NCBI GenBank assembly: GCA_027340875.1
Contig: DAIENX010000020.1
Span: forward strand, 1-39,962
Source: Elusimicrobiota bacterium
Lineage (GTDB): Bacteria; Elusimicrobiota; Elusimicrobia; Elusimicrobiales; UBA9959
DNA: 39,962 bases
Direction: 5' to 3'
Shown: positions 34,093 through 39,962 of the stretch, piece by piece
Layout: each line of letters begins with the position of its first letter
How positions within the stretch are numbered: the stretch's first letter is position 1
The notes under the pieces: model-generated
Told to the model about the DNA's origin: nothing
Databases searched by the model: none
Seen by the model: the letters and a program-made list of their open reading frames with translations, nothing else
Program-made: the position numbers and the translations under genes

Positions 34093-36114
34093 ATGCGAAG
34101 ACCACGTCCATCCATCCTGACCTTGACCGGCGCCCTGCTGGTCCTGGGAACCTGCTTCGCCTTCGCGGAAGAGGGAACGGGGGAATTCTGGGATTTCATG
34201 GGGGAAGAGGCCCGCAACCTTACGGTAGCCTCCCCTATACCGGAGAACGTCTTCGACAGCGTTTCCAACGTGACCGTGATCGACCGCAACGCCATCGAGC
34301 ACTATAATTTCGGCTCCGTCTCCGAAGCACTGCGCACCGTGCCCGGCATGACCGTGACCCGCACCTATACCATCCATAACGTTCCCACGGCGCGCGGGGC
34401 GCTGCAGGAGCATTACGCCAACAAGGTCCTGGTAATGGTGGACAATGTCCCGATGTGGAACGCGGTGACCGGCGAAGGGGACCTGGACCGGGTGGATATA
34501 GACTCCGTAGAGCGCATCGAGGTGCTGCTGGGGCCCGCCTCGGTCCTGTACGGCTCGAACGCGCTGACCGGAGCGGTCAATATAGTGCTGCGCAAGGCCA
34601 GGACCGAAGGCTCTATCGGGCAGGTCGGGGGCGGCCTGGGCTCCGGCGCCGGCGTATACGGAGGGGCGCTCGGCGTCTCGCGCGCCGGCGGATCGTATGC
34701 CTGGAAGGGGAAGGACGCTTCCTACATGTTCTCCGCCAATTCGCGTGACGCCGTTCAGCCCTCCATAGCCTTCAGGGACGAGACCGGCCTCCAGCACTCC
34801 GTGCGGGAGTATCTCAACGCGAGGACGTTAAATTTCTCCGCCGCCGCCGGCGGCAACTCCCTGCTGGTCAACGCCTTCCGCAGCGACCAGAATTTTCTCG
34901 GCAACGCCATCTCCCTGGCCAGCGGAGAGCTGTTCAACGAGGCCAAGGAGGGAGCCGTGGCCTCCTATTCGTATACCTTCGCTCCGGGCTGGGGTGACCT
35001 TAAATATTCCGCCGCCTACGACTGGCAGCGGCGCAACATCCCGAGGGACTCCTCCAACAAGCTACGCTCAGACATAGTGGGGGCCAGGCTGAGCAATACA
35101 CTGAGCGCCGTGGCCCCTCTCGGCGGCGGCTTCTATCTGGAGAGCGGCGCCACGTACGAGTACCGCTCCGCGCAGCGCTACCTCAATTACGACAGCAACA
35201 CCGGCACCCCCCGGGACGACAACAGCATGAACGCCCGCGGCTCCCGCGAATCGTCCCTCTACGCCCAGCTCGGGCGTGAGGCGGGGGACTGGAAGTTCCT
35301 GGCCGGCAGCCGCTACACGAAGGACAGCAAGGCCGGCGACAATCTCTCGTCGCGCGCCTCCGTGATACGCCGCTTCGGCGACCGCGACAGCCTGAAGGCC
35401 ATGTTCAGCCAGTCTTTCCGCTCGCCCACTCCCTTCGAGCAGTATTTCCTCACCTCGACCGTAACGGTAGTAGGCAACCCGGACCTGAGGCCCGAACGCA
35501 CCGAGACGACGGAGCTTTCATACCTGACGGCGTTCGGCCCGCTGTTCTTCCATCTCACTGCCTATCACGCCCATTACATAGACACCATCTACCGCAACCG
35601 CGGGGATTTCACCCGCGACGGCGTCAGCTATCCCAACGCCAACCATTACCAGAACGCGCCCGGCTTCGCGGCCGACGGCCTCGAGCTCACCGCCCGCTAC
35701 GCCGTTCCGGCCACCAGCGCTTTCCTGACGCTGTCGCGCCTGCGCGGCACCCGCGGCGACGAACATCCTATACCCGCTTCCGGCTCCCTGCCCGCCTCCG
35801 CTTCGTGGAACTTCAAGTACTCGCCGGACTATACGGCCTCGGGCGGCATATCGCACGAGTTCGGCAGCTTCTTCGCGGCCGGCAATTTCAACCTCCTCGG
35901 CAGGAGCCGCTCGCTGCGGACCGCGCTGGGCTCGCAGTTCTGGGCCGACCTGAGCGCAGGCTATCATAAAGGCCCGGTGAGGCATACCATCTCCGTGAGG
36001 GACGTTACCGACCGCGAGGTGCAGGTACCCGAGTACGTGCGCCTGCGCGTGGTGGAGACCCTGCCGCTCTACACCGGCAGGCGGCTGGAATACACTTTCG
36101 ATTACCGTTTCTGA
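34093..36114 (+). CDS. TonB-dependent receptor 2
   Basis: Signal peptide; NVTVIDR, ERIEVLLGPASVLYGSNALTGAVNI, FRSPT, GNPDLRPE; C-terminal DYRF. Confidence 0.9.
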   Translation: MRRPRPSILTLTGALLVLGTCFAFAEEGTGEFWDFMGEEARNLTVASPIPENVFDSVSNVTVIDRNAIEHYNFGSVSEALRTVPGMTVTRTYTIHNVPTARGALQEHYANKVLVMVDNVPMWNAVTGEGDLDRVDIDSVERIEVLLGPASVLYGSNALTGAVNIVLRKARTEGSIGQVGGGLGSGAGVYGGALGVSRAGGSYAWKGKDASYMFSANSRDAVQPSIAFRDETGLQHSVREYLNARTLNFSAAAGGNSLLVNAFRSDQNFLGNAISLASGELFNEAKEGAVASYSYTFAPGWGDLKYSAAYDWQRRNIPRDSSNKLRSDIVGARLSNTLSAVAPLGGGFYLESGATYEYRSAQRYLNYDSNTGTPRDDNSMNARGSRESSLYAQLGREAGDWKFLAGSRYTKDSKAGDNLSSRASVIRRFGDRDSLKAMFSQSFRSPTPFEQYFLTSTVTVVGNPDLRPERTETTELSYLTAFGPLFFHLTAYHAHYIDTIYRNRGDFTRDGVSYPNANHYQNAPGFAADGLELTARYAVPATSAFLTLSRLRGTRGDEHPIPASGSLPASASWNFKYSPDYTASGGISHEFGSFFAAGNFNLLGRSRSLRTALGSQFWADLSAGYHKGPVRHTISVRDVTDREVQVPEYVRLRVVETLPLYTGRRLEYTFDYRF

Positions 36115-36116
36115 CG

Positions 36117-36995
36117 ATGAAGAAGGCTATACCCATACTGCTCCTGCTCGCCGGCACCCCGGCGGCCCACGCGGCCCCCGGGGAAGGTGAGGTCGTAGCC
36201 GTCCTTTCCCATCACGGTGGCGCGTACATGGAGGCTTTCTCCGCCTTCCAGGCCGGTTTCGGCGCGGAAGTGCCGCACCTGGACGTCTCGGACCAGCGCC
36301 CCGCCATCCCGCGCGGCGCCAGGCAGATAGTCGCTTTCGGCGCCCGCGCGGCCGCCCAGAAATATCCGTCCGACGTGGACCTTGTATACTGCCTGGCGCC
36401 CGGCTACTTCCTGGACACCGGCGCAAGGACCGCCAGCACCGTGAAGATCAGCATGCGCCCGGCCTCGGCCCAGTTCCTGACCAGGCTGAAGGCCATACAG
36501 CCCTCGCTGCACCGGCTCACCGTCCTGTGGGTAAGCGAAGGCTACACTCCCCACATGAACGACCTGAGCGCGGTCGCGCGTGCCTCCGGCATAGAGGTGA
36601 CGCTGATACAGGTCCAGCGCATCTCACAGCTCCCGTCGCTGCTCCGCAAGGCCCTCCCCGGCATGGACGCTTTCTTCCTGCCTCCGGACCCGCTGCTGGT
36701 GACCCCGGACACGCTGCAGATCTTCCGCCAGTTCTCCTGGGGTAACTCGGTCCCGATGTACGCCACCACCAGGGGCCTGGCGCAGGAAGGCGCCGTGGCC
36801 GCCATCGGCGTCAGCTTCAAGCAGGCCGGGGCGGCCGCCGCCCAGGCGCTCATGTCCCTCAGGGCCGGCGAGCAGGTTCCCGATATAGTCTACCCGCAAG
36901 AGGTGGAGATGACGCTCAACGCCTCCGCGGCGAAGAGCTGCGGGATAACCCTCTCCCGGGAGATACTCGGCCAGGCGGCCTACCTCTTCCCATGA
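36117..36995 (+). CDS. Periplasmic ABC-type substrate-binding-fold protein (no permease nearby)
   Basis: Signal peptide; DAFFLPPDP, VPMY...GAVAAIG...G..AA, MTLNASAAKSCGITL pattern of the ABC_sub_bind family. Confidence 0.75.
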   Translation: MKKAIPILLLLAGTPAAHAAPGEGEVVAVLSHHGGAYMEAFSAFQAGFGAEVPHLDVSDQRPAIPRGARQIVAFGARAAAQKYPSDVDLVYCLAPGYFLDTGARTASTVKISMRPASAQFLTRLKAIQPSLHRLTVLWVSEGYTPHMNDLSAVARASGIEVTLIQVQRISQLPSLLRKALPGMDAFFLPPDPLLVTPDTLQIFRQFSWGNSVPMYATTRGLAQEGAVAAIGVSFKQAGAAAAQALMSLRAGEQVPDIVYPQEVEMTLNASAAKSCGITLSREILGQAAYLFP

Positions 36996-38836
36996 AGCTC
37001 TACGCCAAGATCATCCTGCTGCTGCTGGCCCTGATAAGCATAGCCTTCTGGGCCAACATCCATTTCTCCCGGAAAGCCGTCGCCACCGCGATGAGCGGCC
37101 AGATAGGCGACGCCGCCGACGGCGTCGCCGGGCACATGTCGGAGGATTTCAGGATCGCGCTGGTCTCCGGCAGCGAGATGAAGGGGCTGCGCGCGCTGCA
37201 GGCCTATGTAAAGAGGACCGGCGCGCTTTACTGCGGCCTGCTGGCCCCTGACGGCACCGTGCTGGCCCACACCAACGTGGCCGTCACCGGCACCAAGCTG
37301 GACGACGCGCTCTTCCACCGGGCCAGGGACTCCCGCGCCATGGCGTGGGACCGCACCGTCTTCAACGGCGAGGAGATCCTGGACGCCGTCATCCCGGTGC
37401 AGCCCAAGAGCGCTTCCGGCGAGGACCTGATGTTCGTGGGGCTGGAAGGCACCACGCCGGCGCCCGGCTTCCTGCGGGCAGGACTGCCGCTGGCCCCCGC
37501 CAGGAAGGCCGAGGGGCAGATACAGTACCATCTGCTCGTCATAGGCCTGGCGGCGGCGGTGATAGCGGTTATGCTGGGGGCCCTCTCCGCCCATTTCATA
37601 CTGCGCCAGGTGAACCTGCTGGCCGGCGGCATACAGAAGGTGCGCGGCGGCCATTTCGGCGTCACGGTCCCGGTGGTATCGGGGGACGAGCTGGGCGAGG
37701 CGGCACAGAGCTTCAACAAACTCTGCCGCGACCTGGCCGACACCACGGTCTCGCGCAACTACCTGGACTCGGTGCTGGAAAGCCTGCCGGACCCGCTGCT
37801 GATAACCGACGAGGAAGGGTGGATCATCAAGCACAACCGGGCCGCCGCCGAATTCTCCGGCTACGACTTCGCCGGACCGGAGAAGATAAACCTCAAGGAC
37901 ATCCTGGAGCAGCACACCGACGGGGCCGGCGAGCCCTTCGCGCTGCTCTCCTGGAGCGGGCGCATAAACGAGCTCGACCTCTGGGTCAAGACCAAGGACG
38001 GCCGCCGCCTGCCCGCCATGCTCTCGGCGGTCTTCATCGGCACCGAGGGGCACCGCCAGGTCGTTTCCCTGCTGAAGGACACCTCACGCCACCGGGAAGC
38101 GGAGGCGCGCATGTCGCAGTACCTTAAGGACCTGGCCGCCGTCAACAGCGAGCTTGACGCCTTCGCGCACACCGTTTCGCACGACCTTAAGGAGCCGCTG
38201 CGCGGCATAGAGATGTTCTCCGGCATGCTGCTGTCCGACCACTCCGCCCCGCTGGACCCGCAGGCCGCCGACTACCTGGGCCGCATCGCCCGGGCCGCCG
38301 GCCGCATGCGCACTCTTATCGACGACCTGCTCAGCTATTCCCGCATCTCCCGCATCCGCAACCCCTACGAGACGGCCTCCACGCGCCAGCTGGCCGCGCA
38401 GGCGGTCTCCGAACTGGCGGCTACCATAGAAGAGCACAAGGCCGCGGCGGAGGTCTCGGACTCGCTGCCGGAGATCTACTGCGACCCGGTCAAGCTGCGC
38501 CAGGTCTTCCACAACCTGATCACCAACGCTATAAAGTACAACGACCGCCCCGTACCCAAGGTGAGGGTCTCCGCCGAGAAGTTCGGCGAGTACTACTGGA
38601 AGTTCGCCGTAAAGGACAACGGCATCGGGATCCCCGCCCAGTACCTCGAGGAGATATTCACGATGTTCAAGCGGCTGCACGGCCGCGGCGAGTACGGCGG
38701 CGGCACGGGCGCCGGGCTGGCCATAGTAAGGAAGGTCATAGAGGAGCACAACGGAAAGATCTGGGTGGAGTCCGCGGAGGGGGAGGGGAGCACGTTCTTC
38801 TTCCTCCTGCCGGAGGACCTGCGCCGCAAGCCATAG
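36992..38836 (+). CDS. Membrane sensor histidine kinase (2 TM, HAMP, PAS, HisKA, HATPase)
   Basis: Two TM helices flanking a periplasmic domain; DELGEAAQSFN HAMP; PAS; SHDLKEPLR; NLITNAIKY; DNGIGI; GTGAGL. ATGA overlap with the binding protein. Confidence 0.93.
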   Translation: MKLYAKIILLLLALISIAFWANIHFSRKAVATAMSGQIGDAADGVAGHMSEDFRIALVSGSEMKGLRALQAYVKRTGALYCGLLAPDGTVLAHTNVAVTGTKLDDALFHRARDSRAMAWDRTVFNGEEILDAVIPVQPKSASGEDLMFVGLEGTTPAPGFLRAGLPLAPARKAEGQIQYHLLVIGLAAAVIAVMLGALSAHFILRQVNLLAGGIQKVRGGHFGVTVPVVSGDELGEAAQSFNKLCRDLADTTVSRNYLDSVLESLPDPLLITDEEGWIIKHNRAAAEFSGYDFAGPEKINLKDILEQHTDGAGEPFALLSWSGRINELDLWVKTKDGRRLPAMLSAVFIGTEGHRQVVSLLKDTSRHREAEARMSQYLKDLAAVNSELDAFAHTVSHDLKEPLRGIEMFSGMLLSDHSAPLDPQAADYLGRIARAAGRMRTLIDDLLSYSRISRIRNPYETASTRQLAAQAVSELAATIEEHKAAAEVSDSLPEIYCDPVKLRQVFHNLITNAIKYNDRPVPKVRVSAEKFGEYYWKFAVKDNGIGIPAQYLEEIFTMFKRLHGRGEYGGGTGAGLAIVRKVIEEHNGKIWVESAEGEGSTFFFLLPEDLRRKP

Positions 38837-38844
38837 GAGAGTAC

Positions 38845-39291
38845 ATGACGAAGGAATCCGAACAGTTCACCATCCTGCTGGTGGAGGACAACGAGGACGA
38901 CATACTGATAGCCAAACGCGCCTTCTCGGAGTTCAAGTTCTTCACCAACGTCGAGGTGGCCCGCGACGGCCACGAGGCGCTGGACATGCTGACCGGCGGC
39001 GGTTCCCGCGCCGGCAAGAAGCCTCTGCGCCCGGCGATGATACTGCTGGACATCACGCTCCCGCTGATGGACGGCATCGCCCTGCTCAGACGCCTGAAGT
39101 CGGACCAGGCCCTCAGGGCCATCCCCGTGGTGATGCTGACCACCTCCTCGCGCGCCGAGGACATCGCGCGCAGCTACGACGGCGGCGCCGCCTCCTACCT
39201 GACCAAGCCGGCCTCGCTGGAGGAGTTCCTGCAGCTGGCCCGGAACTTCGAGGCCTACTGGATCTCGATCTCCAAGCTCCCCGCACCCTAG
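38845..39291 (+). CDS. Single-domain response regulator (Rcp1-like receiver)
   Basis: ILLVEDNEDD, ILLDITLPLMDG, IPVVMLTTS, YLTKP, terminal YW; AGGAG SD. Confidence 0.92.
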   Translation: MTKESEQFTILLVEDNEDDILIAKRAFSEFKFFTNVEVARDGHEALDMLTGGGSRAGKKPLRPAMILLDITLPLMDGIALLRRLKSDQALRAIPVVMLTTSSRAEDIARSYDGGAASYLTKPASLEEFLQLARNFEAYWISISKLPAP

Positions 39292-39300
39292 AGAGGCCCC

Positions 39301-39962
39301 ATGGACAAGAAGAAACCCCTTAAGCTGCCCCCGATAGCCGTGGCCAAGTGGCGCGCCATAGCGGACCTGCTGGCCGAGCTGGCCCGGGTCCCGGCGGCCA
39401 CCATAAACATCCTCGACGAAGAGGACTCCATGCGCGTGATCGGCGGAGAGCGCGGAGGCGAGGCGCAGGGCGCCCCGGACCCCCGTATCAACCTCGGCCT
39501 GAAGACCTACTGCAGCGCGGTGGTGAACTCCAGAGAACCGCTCACCGTTCCGGACGCCACGAAGAGCGCCTTCTGGAAGGACAGCGAGGGGGCCAAGGCC
39601 GGCTACATCGCCTACGCCGGCGCCCCCATCTTCCGGCCCGACCAGGAGATCTTCGGCAGCATCTGCCTGTTCGACAAGAAGCCGAACGACTTCTCCGGCC
39701 CCATCCAGAGGGTGCTGAAAGAGTTCTCGGAGATCATCACCGACCACCTCGAGCTGATACAGGCCAATATCAAGCTGGAAGAGTCGCTCAAGGAGGTCCG
39801 CACGCTGCAGGGGTTGATCCCCATCTGCGCGCAGTGCAAGAAGATCCGCGACGACAAGGGCTTCTGGCAGAAGGTGGAGACCTACCTGGAGGGGCATTCG
39901 CAGGCCCGCTTCACGCACGGCCTCTGCGAGGACTGCATGGAGAAGCTCTACGGCCACGAGAA
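39301..39962 (+). CDS. GAF-domain protein with a C-terminal Cys4 (CxxC...CxxC) domain; truncated by the window end
   Basis: Manually translated (absent from the ORF track): MDKKKPL...YCSAVV...YAGAPIFRPDQEIFGSICLFD...LQGLIPICAQCKKIRDDKGFWQ...THGLCEDC; GAGG SD. Confidence 0.85.
   Translation, partial: MDKKKPLKLPPIAVAKWRAIADLLAELARVPAATINILDEEDSMRVIGGERGGEAQGAPDPRINLGLKTYCSAVVNSREPLTVPDATKSAFWKDSEGAKAGYIAYAGAPIFRPDQEIFGSICLFDKKPNDFSGPIQRVLKEFSEIITDHLELIQANIKLEESLKEVRTLQGLIPICAQCKKIRDDKGFWQKVETYLEGHSQARFTHGLCEDCMEKLYGHE

Overview
A high-GC bacterial chromosomal window from a diderm organism (it encodes TolC, TonB-dependent receptors and a putative porin). The frequent ATA codons and Pro-rich secreted proteins are reminiscent of Elusimicrobiota, but that assignment is only an inference. 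In order, the window holds: a tRNA 3' end followed by a structured 120-bp-period repeat; two convergent secreted peptidase/endonuclease I pairs; a putative porin, amtB and a NarL-type two-component system; a beta-CASP MBL hydrolase, DEAD-box helicase, PLD-family protein and GNAT; an orphan 7-PAS histidine kinase; a P-type ATPase with a riboswitch-like leader (Na+/DUF1646-like); a marR-tolC-emrAB efflux operon; an Mpv17/PMP22-like protein, a REP-like palindrome doublet and pepF; a GlpA-like/FAD oxidoreductase/DUF1667 operon coupled to a lipoprotein msrB; and a cassette of two TonB-dependent receptors, an ABC-type binding protein, a HAMP-PAS kinase, a stand-alone receiver and a GAF/Cys4 protein that runs off the right edge. 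No transposase, integrase, phage gene or CRISPR array was seen. The best leads are the transporter-less TBDR-binding protein-kinase signalling cassette, the ATPase riboswitch candidate, and recurrent leaderless gene starts. All calls come from reading motifs by eye; no database searches were run.
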